The notes beneath the pieces were generated by a model. That model did not search any database. It was not told the origin of the DNA and worked only from the letters and a program-made list of their open reading frames with translations. Made by a program: the position numbers and the translations under genes. Shown one piece after another: positions 1 through 11,853 of a DNA stretch of 64,000 nucleotides. The DNA is from Podarcis tiliguerta. Taxonomy: Eukaryota. Each line of letters opens with the position of its first letter. The first letter of the stretch is position 1. The stretch lies in NCBI GenBank assembly GCA_965153285.1, contig OZ229110.1; one strand, written 5' to 3'.

Positions 1-95
1 GCAATCTGTTTAAGTAATTTAACAATTATATTAAAACACTGTTTCACTTGTGAATGTTTCTATTTATTCATTAGAGTCTGGTTTGTTTTTTAAAA
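1..95 (+). terminator. Possible 3' end (ATTAAA at 30-35) of the convergent neighbouring gene
   Basis: ATTAAA followed by T/GT-rich sequence. Synteny (PDIA5-SEC22A-ADCY5, the last convergent) suggests the ADCY5 3' UTR end, but no ADCY5 coding sequence is in the window. Confidence 0.3.
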
Positions 96-3000
96 GCTAC
101 AAAAGTAGGAATGTAATTTAATGTTTTGTGGCAGGAGTGACAATAGAATTTTGTGCATCACAACGGTATGATTCATCAGTTCAGTAAGGGCAGCTCCAGA
201 CTTGTCCCAACAAATAGTCCTGCTCACGTATGAATTTCTGGATGATATTTTGTGCCTGCACAAAAGGAAGAGAATGGACTTTGTACAATGGTTTCTCTTC
301 ACTTCTCTGCGACTGGATGAAAAATGGTAAAATATTCAGATGACTACAGCGAAGGTGGTTATCAATCTCAGCCCCTGGGTTCTAAATGAAGGAGCTGATT
401 TGGATATTTCATTTGTATGTCAGATTCAACAAAACTGTATTTTAGGGAGAACTTTGGCAGCTGGAAGCAGTAGGCTGTGGTCTAGTCCTACTCAACTAAT
501 TGAGCTAGTAGCTTTGTGTTTGTGTGTGTGCACAAGAGCATAGCCATCTGCATTTAAATACAGGTCTGGGTAATTCAGTACAGATGAGCAACATGGAGCA
601 GAATTGGATTTACGTAGAAGTGCCCGATTCAATCTATGTTACCTGTGCATGTAAAGGAGCCTTCACCCACATATGGATCTCCTTCACTGGAATGGTAAGT
701 CTCTTCTGTTTGAAATTATGGCTTGGCTGTATGTTGTTAGGATAAAATATTCTGAAATCAACTGGTTATATTTTCCGATCACTGTAACATATTTTCTTCT
801 GTTTTAAGATAATAACACAGGTGCCCAATATCTCTGAAGGTAGTCTCTAGATATTGGGAGGGAAGGTTGCTGGCTCAACAATAAGGGAGAAACTCATCCT
901 GAACTCGTATTTAAGTCATCAGTGGGGCCCCTGCATGCTGCTTTTCCTTGTGCTAGTCCCTGTTAAGGTGAGTGGGGAAAGCAGACAGGCAAATTGCCCT
1001 TAGTTGTTAATTTTGCAAGCACTGTGGTGGTCTCCAGCACAGATGAGGAACATTTTAGATGTTCCATGCTAGCTAAAGAGTATGGTCATGAGCACGATTT
1101 GCACTCAGAAAGCATGGAAGCCGTTACATAACACAACATTAGGGGGATTGCTAGATATAGATCTTTTCAGTTAGGATAATTAAATCATTTGGTATTGCAT
1201 AACTCTCAGCATCTTTCCTAGTTCCGCGCCCCACCTCCCAAATTGGGCAACAATCCAGCACAGTCACTTAATGGGCCTTATGATAGATAACACTGTGTTC
1301 TGTGATGGGATTTTTTTTTTTTTAATCCTTAAACAAATTCTGCTAGCTTTTCACCCTTGGATTGTGTGCCTGCAAAATGCATCTGTAAGCATATTTTATG
1401 TCAGTGCTTCTAGTGACATGTATGAAATCCAAGATGAAGGCTGACTAGTCTTTGGAGAAGTCAGAGCCTCAGCAGAGTTGCATGCCCTGAACATCTTCAT
1501 GCTCAGTCCTTGGCTATGACTCTTTAGAGACATGAAAGTATTTAGGGCAGGCTCCAATTGCCTATAGTGCTAGCTGTATACCCACCACCCCACAGTATAT
1601 ATCATTAATGTCCCAGTCTTGAAGTGTTGGCTGTGATAAACACCTTCATAAAAAAAAAAAAATCCACAAAGACCCCCGTGTAAGTTGCAGTGACCTCACT
1701 TCAGAAGTCTTGACCGTCTTATAGCTGCTTCTGCATTTATTTATACAGCACTTTTATTCTACAAAGCACTTTACATTTTCATTAAAATGATCAGTATTCC
1801 CATTTTGCAGCTAGGAAACTGATGCCCAAAGTCATCATACGCAGCGTCCCATGGCAACCAGAGTGAGTCTTTCCCTCGTTTGACAGGAGTTCCTTTACTT
1901 ATGTTTTCTTTACCTTCATGATAATTTAAAATATAACATACAAGAACAGCAACTAGACTAGGGCAACTGGAAGACCCAGTTTAGGACTCTTTGTATGCCT
2001 ATCATGATAAATGAAGAATTTGTGTGTATTGTTATTAACATTTGGTCTACAACAAACATACTTGGGCTACTTCACACATTACTTGCATGTGGTTTCAAAA
2101 TAATGTCTGACCTCCAGATCTAGGGCCTGATCTGCCTCTACCCCCCCCCCCCATAAGCTTCATCCATTTTGGCAGCAGTGGCACCTAGCATTACAGCGGG
2201 TAGAGCTCACCACTCTGATGTGGGTGCAAATCTCCCTAGCAATCATTTGATGAGCAGGGAGAGGGTGATTAACCCTTCCTCTGCTGATCTATGTAGATGA
2301 GGGAGTTCCTATGTGTGCATGCAATGGTTTTGGGTGGCCACTGTCCAGAGGTTAGTCAAGAATGAAAATTGCTGCTGGGACAAAAACAGTCAGCCACTTC
2401 TGGGGTACAGCATCTAATTCGAGGGCAGGGGTATTCCAAGTCGTGTGGGAGTAAACTGATTGGGTAGTCTCTGCCCACTCAGTATTGTCCTACAAAATAA
2501 TGCTTTAGAAGTTATTGTAATGTGTAAAGCAGCTTAGGATTCATAGTAAAACTAAGACTGGACAATCATATTGCTTACTGAAAAAAACTACCACTTTTGT
2601 GTAGGTGACATCTTACAAGGAGGATCATAAAACGTTAGAGATGTGGTAGGTAGGACAATATAACTTCAGTCTGGCATCGTTGCTTTCTTGCTAAAATCTC
2701 TACAGAAAGTTTTCACACTGAAAGCTTGTGCCTAGATCAGTGGGAGTAGATTGTAGAGTTTATTAAATGCAAGCATAAACATAGAACAGGCTTCTCTTGA
2801 ATCTTAAGTTTGTCTCTGGGAGAAAAGCTTCCTCATCTCATGGCTGACGTGCGTTTAGAATGGCAGTGGATGCTGACAGTACAGATCTCTTGAACCCCAG
2901 CTGCTAAAATCCTCACAAACCCTGAATGACTTTTATCTGGACGTGAGGAAGCTTCCGCAACTACCTTCATTGCGAAGGCATTTTGTTCTCATGGCTGCTA

Positions 3001-3768
3001 CTTAACATACAGGATGCAATGCAATCCAGCAGGTTTACTTTTCTCATTAAGGTGAGATTAGTAGGGTTGTATCCAGTGATAATCCTCAAAATGACGGAGG
3101 CTCATTGAGTCAGCAAAGGTGGCCACCAATGGAATAGGGAAGGAAACATGGGTCTCCATCTGTCCCCCCCACGATCTTCCTCCCTGCAGCTAACCCAAAA
3201 CCTGCTACAGAGGGGTTAGAGGAGGGTGGAAATGAATAACCATCACCCTCCCTCATTGGTCTGCTGAAGGCAGGCTATTTTGGTCCACTGTAGGATTATG
3301 TCAGGTTGCTCACCTCTTCTACAATAGATCTGTTGTCCACAACCAGTACTTTTAATTCCCTTTGTTCCCAGAACAGTTTTTCTTAGACAATTAAATTGAA
3401 ATTAGTAGAAGTTAGGCTCTTTCCTAGATGAGGCTAGTCAACTTCTTTTCATCCTTCAAGCATTAGAGAAAAGCATTAGAGATTGCTATTGGGGCTGCAG
3501 AAGAGAGAGGTCACTTTCCAAATTTCTTTCAAAGCAAATTACACAGAAGAAGTTGGGGAGGGGTAGAAACAAAGCAATTCAGAATGAGCACTGCACTAGA
3601 TGGTAGGCCTTTGGGGCCCAGGAACTAATCCCCATGAACAGATGGTTCTGGGTTAGATTTTAATTAAGGAAAATGCAGACACACACCATTAAACTTATGT
3701 GCATCCAATAATCTCGCATTTAGAAATTCATTCATATTGAACAGTTTGTTAATATGCAACACCATCCT

Positions 3769-3774
3769 TTTATT
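3769..3774 (-). terminator. Candidate proximal polyadenylation signal (AATAAA) of SEC22A
   Basis: First AATAAA seen on the minus strand, about 345 nt after the stop codon, with a GT-rich tract further downstream. More distal AATAAA hexamers occur near 2760 and 1740. Confidence 0.5.
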
Positions 3775-4118
3775 TCAGCCTTTTCTACTATCTCACAAAG
3801 GCAAACCTGGTATGGGACTGAAGGAATCACTTGATATGCAGAACAAGCTCTTTGCCATTTTCATACTTCTGGATGTGGAATTTTCATGCTGCCCCTCCAA
3901 ACTTCTCACGTTGCCCTTGAGGTACATTCTCCTGCACAGGGTTTTCATTTGTCCCGCAACAGGGTCCCGAACCATTTCCAGCTCTTCTTTGAAGAAGAAT
4001 TTCTCTGTCATTAATGCCCTAGACTATGGGAAGCGTCTGTCTTGCAGAAAAGTGTTTCATTCCTGAGAGGAATACTGCTTGGATCAAGTTTGCCTTGAGA
4101 CTTGCTGGAGGACAACCA

Positions 4119-4319
4119 TCACACATTGTAATCAGGGGCCTTCCCTTGTGGCTGCCTCAATCGGATCTGTAACGTTGAAAAAGCGCTCACAGTCACATGA
4201 AAAAAGATCTGCCAGAGGTTGCGTAGTTCATAGAGATACATGTTGCATAGGCAGATTAAGCCAAAACTTAGGAAGGATTTGATGTTCCGCCAGCCTGTGC
4301 AATACACAAACAGATAGCA
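4119..4319 (-). CDS. SEC22A: SEC22A last coding exon (201 nt including TGA)
   Basis: [66 protein letters not shown]. tttgcag acceptor. The six exons sum to 927 nt = 308 aa plus stop. Confidence 0.97.
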   Translation of the reverse strand, partial: CYLFVYCTGWRNIKSFLSFGLICLCNMYLYELRNLWQIFFHVTVSAFSTLQIRLRQPQGKAPDYNV

Positions 4320-5184
4320 CTGCAAAGGGAAAAAAAGTCACAAGGATGTAAGTAACCTGTTGAATTTTCTCATATTTCTATAGCAAGCGGCATCCAGCTA
4401 ATGTGCCTTTCCACTCAACAAAGGTAAGAAGGGGAATGCAAATGTTACCTCCACAGTGTGAGCTCCCTTGACAAAAGCTATGTCTTTCAATTTAAATCTA
4501 CCATTTGCTGTGGCATTTTAATATCTTATCAAATTATCGTTGCCCAAAATTTGTGCACTCTAGTACAACCCTACCATAGGTGGAGGTACGATCCAATTTC
4601 TGAACATCTGTCCTGGCCCCCTGCATCTTGGAGATGCAGTTGAAGTCTACACAAGAGTCTTCTATGAGCCATATGAATTTTGTAAACCCTTTAAAAATAA
4701 TAATAAATATTTAAAATAAATAAAATACCACAGCAGCTGAAAGTAAGCTGTCTGTTACCAGCTATTTTGATTAAATATTACCTGAAGCAACAAATATCTC
4801 CACTAAGAAGATACAATATGCTCTCTCAGGAAAGTTAGCATAATAAGCTTACCTGTTTACTGCATGGCCATAAAATCATTAATGAAAATACAGAAATTTT
4901 CAGCAGGCCTGTGGGTGGCCAGGTACACTGAGCCTCAGAGTCTTAGCCAGGGACCTTCACCTGGGACCAGGTGCTTTTTTGTTTAACTTGATTCTAACAA
5001 TACTCTCACCCTGGGCCTCAGACAAGCTCTGCATGCTAAGAAATCTTAACCAAAAAATGCAGGCAACAATCTGTCATTCTGTCCGATAAATTCCAGAATA
5101 AAAGCCCAGTTTGATTTAAGTTATGCCTCATCATGGACTAGTTTGTGTGATATTATGAGATAACATCTGTGGGGAGGGGCAGAA

Positions 5185-5300
5185 CACGTTTCACATGCAG
5201 AAATTGCCAGATAGGGCTCAGAAAGACTCTGGAAAATCAGGGCCAATCTGTGGATACATTGACTAATAGTCTGATTTGTTATAAGGCAGCTCTATATTTT
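5185..5300 (+). mobile_element. Degenerate squamate SINE fragment
   Basis: CATGCAGAA...AGGGCT..GAAAGACTC...GTCTGA......ATAAGGCAGCT pattern typical of a common lizard SINE 3' end. Confidence 0.5.
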
Positions 5301-5358
5301 CAAACAGCTCCACATTAGGCCCAACCACCTTCAGTTTTCCCGGCCCAAAATTCAGATA

Positions 5359-6519
5359 CCGTATTTTTCGCTCCATAGGATGCTCCTGACCAAAAGACAC
5401 ACCAAGTTTTTAGAGCAGGAAAACAAGAGAAAAAAAATCTGATTCAAATGTTGTACTAAACTATTTAAAACAGGAAAGTGTGTGGCTCCTGTCCACTTTG
5501 CTGCTTTAAAGCGAGCCACGGTATATAATGAAGACAATGGAAAAAGGACAGACATTCCATTATAATGTAGCTGTTTTCATTATCACTGGAAAGTCAGTAT
5601 TGGCAGCAGTAACAAAAACTAAAATTTGAGCATTTTACTGTTATTAATCAAGAATATTAATAGTCAGGGAGAGAAACCAGGGCTGTGCAAATGAGAAGTG
5701 CTTGGAGTATGGAGGAAGAGCAAAGAGATCAAATGATTGCGCTCCAGTTCCTAATCTCTGAAGTTTTCTAAAAACAGGCATGGTTGTTTTGAAAGGAAGA
5801 TTCAAAATGGAGTGACTGAGCAAAGAACAGAGGAGGAAAAGAGGGCAGATAAATAGCTTCCATTCAATACCAACACAATGTTTTTGGTTTAGTTTAGGTG
5901 GACTGTACTTGTAAGAATTTGTATAATGAATTATAGATTTGGAGTGGAGTATCAATGCCTCTTTTCAGTAATAAAGATTAGCTGCTAGGAACATGGTCCA
6001 CACACAAACACACAGGATGTGTGGTTATAGTTGTGCAGTTTAAACTGTTCCTGAGCCCACTATTACTGGTTTGTGGAGATGCTTTGCATGTATTTATGAC
6101 TATTTCTGCAAAACTGCTACTTGAAGAAATCCCCAAACTTAATATTTTTAAACTTCAAATGGAGCTCAGAATCCAGTTAGGCAATCCTTTGCAGTTGAAT
6201 TAGGAGGCACTGAGAGACAGCAATTTGCTGCTTCCCACCCTCACCCCCACCAAGCAACCCAGGAGCGCGGGGCAAAGAGCACCCCAGGAGCACACAGCCT
6301 TCCCTCTGCTTGCAAACCTTGTCGGGGCTTCAGGGGAAAGCAGAAGCTGCCGGCAGAGCCGCATGGCTCCTCCCCCCCACCCCCCCAAAGAGCAGACTAG
6401 GAGCGCAGGGCAACAGCGATTTGGCTCCAGGGACCACACATTTGTTCCATAAGACGCACAGACTTTCCCCCTTACTTTTTAGGAGGGAAAAAGTGCGTCC
6501 TATGGAGCGAAAAGTACGG
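5359..6519. mobile_element. Tc2/pogo-like non-autonomous DNA transposon (~1.16 kb) in the last SEC22A intron
   Basis: 25-bp TIRs CCGTA(T/C)TTTTCGCTCCATAGGA(T/C)GC (23/25 match). TA at 5357-5358, CA at 6520-6521. No transposase ORF. Confidence 0.75.
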
Positions 6520-6793
6520 CACTTATCTATTGTGACAATGTGGGGGAGTCAAGCCTCTGTTGCAATCCACCAGCTATATACTTTGTAGACTTCAATGCAA
6601 ATGTCCAGAAAGGCTAAACTAGAGCTGCAGTACAGTTCACCCACTACCAACCGAACTCAGAAAGAAACTTTGAAATAAATCTATTTACACACATTTAATT
6701 TTAGACTCACAAGGTATGATACAACATACCCTAAGTCAGAAAGGGATTACAACTTTTAAAAAATCCTTCAGACTTGTAAGAGGAAGATCCTAC

Positions 6794-6859
6794 CTGATAT
6801 AAACAAGCTGCCGTGCCGAGGAAAAAGGCAATAACATAGCTGAGGTCCTCTCTGTCGTT
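6794..6859 (-). CDS. SEC22A: SEC22A coding exon 5 (66 nt), transmembrane segment
   Basis: Read manually as NDREDLSYVIAFFLGTAACLYQ. tttccccag acceptor, CAG|gtagga donor; phases 0/0. Confidence 0.95.
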
Positions 6860-7459
6860 CTGGGGAAACAATTGGTGTCCTTATTTAGTAACGGAAGTTG
6901 CACAACTGGTCCCAGTGTCAGCCAAGCAGCCAGCACTTGGGTCATGATAAATGTAAGGCAGTAAAACACATTTAACTGAATTGCTTAAGTAGTAATAGCT
7001 AAATAGGTATGTCTACATTCATTTAGCAAAAATCAAGTGAGTATTGCCATCTGTTCACCATCAAATTAATGTTATTCTGCATTTACTGAAATTGGTATCT
7101 GAAATATTCCCACTGGACCACTTTTTTTCCAATGTACAACAGCTATCATTGGGGGGAAACTCTTCCACTCTTTAAATGCAGAGATCTCATTTTAAGAGCA
7201 AATGGGGTACATGGGTGACAAGTGCTAAACTCCTCCCCCCATCCATTTTTTTATCTCCCTGCAGCCTGTCCCCACCAATCGCCAGACTAAGTAGAAACAC
7301 TTGGAAATAAAAATTCAGGAGACAGACTATGAAGAGGTAAGCTGGTGTAGGGCCTTAGCGTCTCTCACAAATGTGCCCCTTTTTCTCTTAAAACAAGCAA
7401 AATGTCCGGCCCATTTTCAGCAATTGCCACAGATCAACATTTAGAGAGACTGATCTGCC

Positions 7460-7488
7460 GCAATCACATGAATCCACTAGGTGGTGCT
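7460..7488 (+). promoter_or_regulatory. Candidate CTCF site with upstream module
   Basis: Core CCACTAGGTGGTGCT (7474-7488) plus GCAAT ending 9 nt upstream. Confidence 0.55.
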
Positions 7489-8213
7489 CAGCTCCTGCAA
7501 AGTAAAAAGTAAACGGGTAATGAAGAAAACCCACAAAGCAGTATTTACACAGATGGCAGCTAAATATTATACGATATACTTTCCTTAAGTTGTAATATCT
7601 AACAGTTGTATGAGCAGGAGCTTTGGATCTGGGAGATATGGGTTCCAATGGATTTTGGTTTGTTTCTCACATTACAGAAAACCTGACGTACCAGAACATG
7701 TGTGCACATAACAAAAGCAATTGTTACACACAAGCAGCACACTATTTCTTAACTGAAATATGAGTTCCTTATGAGAAAGTGAAAAGACAACAATGGCTGT
7801 TGAAGACCGCTTTCAAAAGGAAGAGCAAGAAAGACTAGAATTGCATGCAAATCAGAAGGTTCTTCAATGATAATGGGGAAGGTGTAATTTCTAACTGTAA
7901 TCTGTGGGCAATTATAGAGTACAAGTCAATATAACTTTATGTTACATGCTTAGTGGAATATTGAAAAATGAAACAAGACCTCAAGGACATCTCATTTGTT
8001 ATAACCGTTGCATGGGTAGTAATAACATTCATTTATTACTTCCGTATTATATTATAATTTAGTATCCTGAGCCAGAAGAGAAATCCAGAATAGTGTGTGC
8101 AGTTCAAAATGACTTTTCAAAAGTGTATTTTAAATTTCACTGAAAACATTTACATTTGAATTGAAAAGAAAAGGTGATGCAATTCATCTGAAATGGGACT
8201 AGAACTCACACCT

Positions 8214-8329
8214 GCCATTTAGCTCAGCTGGTTAAAACATGGAGCACTCCATAAGGCCCAGCTGCAAATTCCTGCATTGCAGGGGGTTGGCCTAGAATCC
8301 TCTGAGTCCCTTCCAACTCTATGATTCTA
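8214..8329 (+). mobile_element. Degenerate tRNA-head / CR1-tail SINE
   Basis: TAGCTCAGCTGGTTA A-box-like head, then TTCCTGCATTGCAGGGGGTTGG...CCCTTCCAACTCTATGATTCTA, the same tail type as the 43837 copy. Confidence 0.75.
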
Positions 8330-9179
8330 GGAGCTCCCAATGTTTAGTGCAGTCCTCCAAAACATTTTCCCAGAGTGGAGAACATAGGAAAGAACAGTTT
8401 TAACTAGTGCATCCAGAGCTTTAGCTTGGATTGCTGTAAGTGAACAGTAGAACTTCCCAGATCCTTCTCACATCATCTTTCTATGATCCTCTCAATACCG
8501 AGAGTATTTGCAGCAATCCTGTGTTCTAAAGGGATTCACTGAGAGAAGGTACTCCATCATGGATTTCCCTGATGCAAGAGAACAGTTCACTGGCCATGTG
8601 GATCAACATCCCCACAGAAAGCTACTTGTCCCCAAACAACCTGTCACATGATTCAGTGCTATCACACTGAGAGCTTCCTCCACCACCAGCAATGAATGTC
8701 ATCGACATCCACGGCAGGCAGGCAAACTCACCATGTAAACGGCCCAGAAATGATGGGGTGGTCAGAAACACACCAGGGAAAACCTACTTCTATTGTAAAG
8801 TTTAATAGCTAGACCAACTCAAAGAATCTTATTAAAGTCTACATGTGAAACATTCTGGACTTCTTTACTGGCTCAGTTTCCCTACAAAAAAAAGCTAGCG
8901 ACACAGGTCTGAAACATGTTAGTAACAGAAAGATATATTGCTCCACCAGCTGAGATGTCAAACAGCTTAGCTCAGAAGGACAAACCCAGCTTGCAGGCCA
9001 TAGTTGCCAGCCCTCTGTGGGAAAAGAGGGGTTTCTCCTTATCCAAACAATATTCAGAGAGTGATTTAACTCTACCACTTATTGCAAGAGCATTTTAAAA
9101 AAAGAAATGGGTAGGTAGGTCTTCCAAGGCTGGGCTTTTGTTTTTCCCTGCTACAAAGTCATAAACATTGCTACAGTAC

Positions 9180-9298
9180 CTGCAGTAGACTCTCTATGGC
9201 ATGAAAACCACGAATTAAATTCAAAGCCCCACATAAAAGGCTGAGTAGAAAGGAAACAATCCCTGACAGAGTCACAGGTTCCAGTCGCTGGTGAGGGG
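9180..9298 (-). CDS. SEC22A: SEC22A coding exon 4 (119 nt), first transmembrane segment
   Basis: Not in the ORF track; read manually as (A)[39 protein letters not shown]. Polypyrimidine tract plus ttccag acceptor, CAG|gtactg donor. Confidence 0.95.
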
Positions 9299-9459
9299 CT
9301 GGAAGGCAGAGGGGAAAAAACACTTATCAATATTTAAAGATATGTTCCTTAATGTTTGAGCCAAAAATGTTAATGCTATTTTTCAGTGACTTCCTGCTCA
9401 AGATTCTGTAACTTAAATGAGAAAATACTCATAAGCTTAAGAGACTCCCTTTTCATTTA

Positions 9460-9723
9460 CAGTGGTGCCTCGCAAGACGAAATTAATTCGTTCTGCGAGT
9501 TTTTTCGTCTTGTGAATTTTTTTGTCTTGCGAAGCACCAATGTGTATTGACGGTTTCCCATAGGAATGCATTGGCGGTTTTTAAAAAAAGGCGCAAGACG
9601 TTTTCGTCTTGCAAAGCAAGCCCATAAGGAAATCCGTCTTGCAAAGCAACTCAGAAAACGAAAAACTCTTTCGTCTTGCGAGTTTTTCGTCTTCCAAGGC
9701 ATTCGTCTTGCGAGGTACCACTG
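9460..9723. mobile_element. Tc1/mariner (Tigger-like) MITE
   Basis: 22-bp TIRs CAGTGGT(G/A)CCTCGCAAGACGAA, TA duplication on both sides (9458-9459, 9724-9725), many internal TTCGTCTTGC repeats. Confidence 0.92.
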
Positions 9724-11658
9724 TATTTTAAACTGAGTACATGCTTAGAGAATATATAACAGCAAGCTGAAGAAGCATAACTCTTAGAGCACATTGGAAA
9801 AAATATATTTTGCATGAACAAAAACTGAAATTCACCAAGGCCTGGTTAAAAATAAGTTTTGAACTAATGCACCCAAGTATTAGGCTTGGATTGTGGGAGC
9901 ACAGCTGTAAATCTCCAAAATGCAGAACGAGCAGGTGAAATTAGTCTGCAATTAGCCACTGAGTAGTTAAGTCTCACCCTTGAAATAGGGCTCTCAGGGT
10001 TTGCTTTTCTGCTCTACTAATGCATAAGTTACAGCTCTTAAAGAATGCTTTATAGCCGACCCTAAACATGCTTACTCAGAAGTAGGGGCTCAATGGCACT
10101 TACTTGCACGTAAGTAAGTGCACAGAAGTTGACAGCCTGATCCTTTTCCATATTTTTAAATGACAGCAATGTGGAATATTACAAAAATATGAGAAGTAAT
10201 ATACCCATAATTGGTATTCTAGGAGGCAATGAATGGGGTCCATTCATCTCCTAAAAGTCTTCCAAAAACTATTGTCAGTTTAGCCTTCTCCAGCACTTTT
10301 AGCCCTTTAATCAGACACTCCTTTGTTTCTCACAAGGAAGTCCAATTGATCCTAATGGACTTCCTCCCAAGTAAATGTACATAGGCATAGTGCCTTAGTG
10401 TATTTGCTAAATGGAGCACTGTGAAGCAGAAGGAGAGGTAGGCTAAGTATGAAAACTTCTTGCTTCACCGGCAAATCCACAAAGGGGCCCACTGCACAAT
10501 TCTCTTACAAACTATACTGACGCTAAAAGATGTGGAGGAGGTGGCTGAAAGTAAGCATTTATGCAGACATTCATCGGTGCTACTGGAGAACCAACGGTAC
10601 ACACAAATGTCTGCCAATTCATAGTGAATGTGTGTACAAGCAGTTACTGTGCTATTCCGCAACAAGTGACAGAAAATGAATATGAAAAAACAGGACAAAA
10701 TCCACAGTAGTCTAGGCAACACAGAGAGAGTCACAATGAGGTTACTGAACCATATTTAAATCATTCTGTTTAAATCAGTGAAGTGTAAAGGTGCCAACAA
10801 TGAAGTTAATGAGCTGGAACATTAATATTGAGAGGGGTGTCATTCCATGTTGTTTGCATTGAACAGCTGCAGCAGAAAAAGGCTCTCCAAAGCAGTTCAT
10901 AAAGTCAGAGAAAGCACAACAGCGACAAAGGGAATTTCTCCAGAAGAAGAAAACTAGACTGTGTGAGCATCACTGTTTCCAAACTCTGGAAGGAACACAC
11001 TAATCTGTGCACAGCTTAGCTGTTGTTTGGAAGAAACATGTTTTTTTAAAAATACAGATTTCTATTCTGCATGTATTTTACTCTAAAACAAACATGACGG
11101 AATAAACAGATTATATGAGATAACAATTTCCATCAAACCTCAGTGAGCTTCATAGTTAGAGACTGGCTTCCTCCCTACATTCATGTCCATCGTTCTAATC
11201 CAGAATCACATATTCTAGAGACAAGTGAAATTTTGCAGTGGCTTTTTACTTATATTCACAAATTCAAGCTTGTTGATTGTTACAAGAGTGGAATAAAATG
11301 GTGGAGCCATTAGCAAGACCTCAGATTTAGCAAAATTTTAGGATCAAATTAGACATGTCATTTGACCTTGAAGGAAACAATGGGACCTTTCCTCCCACTG
11401 CAAACTGAAGGTGCTGTGTTGTGGGTGGGAGAGATTCTAATCAGGAAAGCAGCAGGGGCAAAGGGTTAAAGTAGTCTCTCCATGACACACTCCTGATCCG
11501 GAATAGGCCCATTGCAATGGCCATTTATTTTATTTTAAGGCAGGCTAAACAACAAGAATGACATCTAGTTTGGTCCCAAGATTTACAAGACTGGTATAAA
11601 CAAATTGCTCCAGTTTTGAACCTTTCAAGCAAAATTATGTTTAAGGAAACAAACTCAC

Positions 11659-11853
11659 CTGTAGATATTTTCCCAGTACCTTTGTATTCTGGAAGAGGTA
11701 CATGTGGATACCCATTGGCTGAACCCAATTCAGACAAGGAAATTTGATAAGGTGGTCTCAGCCTGATTTCCGTCTGCATGTCAGCAAGGTTTATCTTTGT
11801 CGACAGAGACCGTGGGTTGTTATATCTCTGCTTGGTTCTCTGAATGAAATTAT
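11659..11853 (-). CDS. SEC22A: SEC22A coding exon 3 (195 nt)
   Basis: (D)[64 protein letters not shown]. acacag acceptor, G|gtgagt donor; phases 1/1. Confidence 0.97.

Noticed and set aside
1846-1858. RFX-like GTCCCATGGCAAC
   Set aside because: Imperfect left half-site next to a MIR-like remnant and far from any promoter.
6200-6588. GC-rich patch with three overlapping ORFs
   Set aside because: It is the right arm of the Tc2-like element, not a promoter or gene.
9460-9723. CRISPR-like repeat array
   Set aside because: Repeats are short, irregularly spaced and lie within a TIR-bounded eukaryotic MITE.
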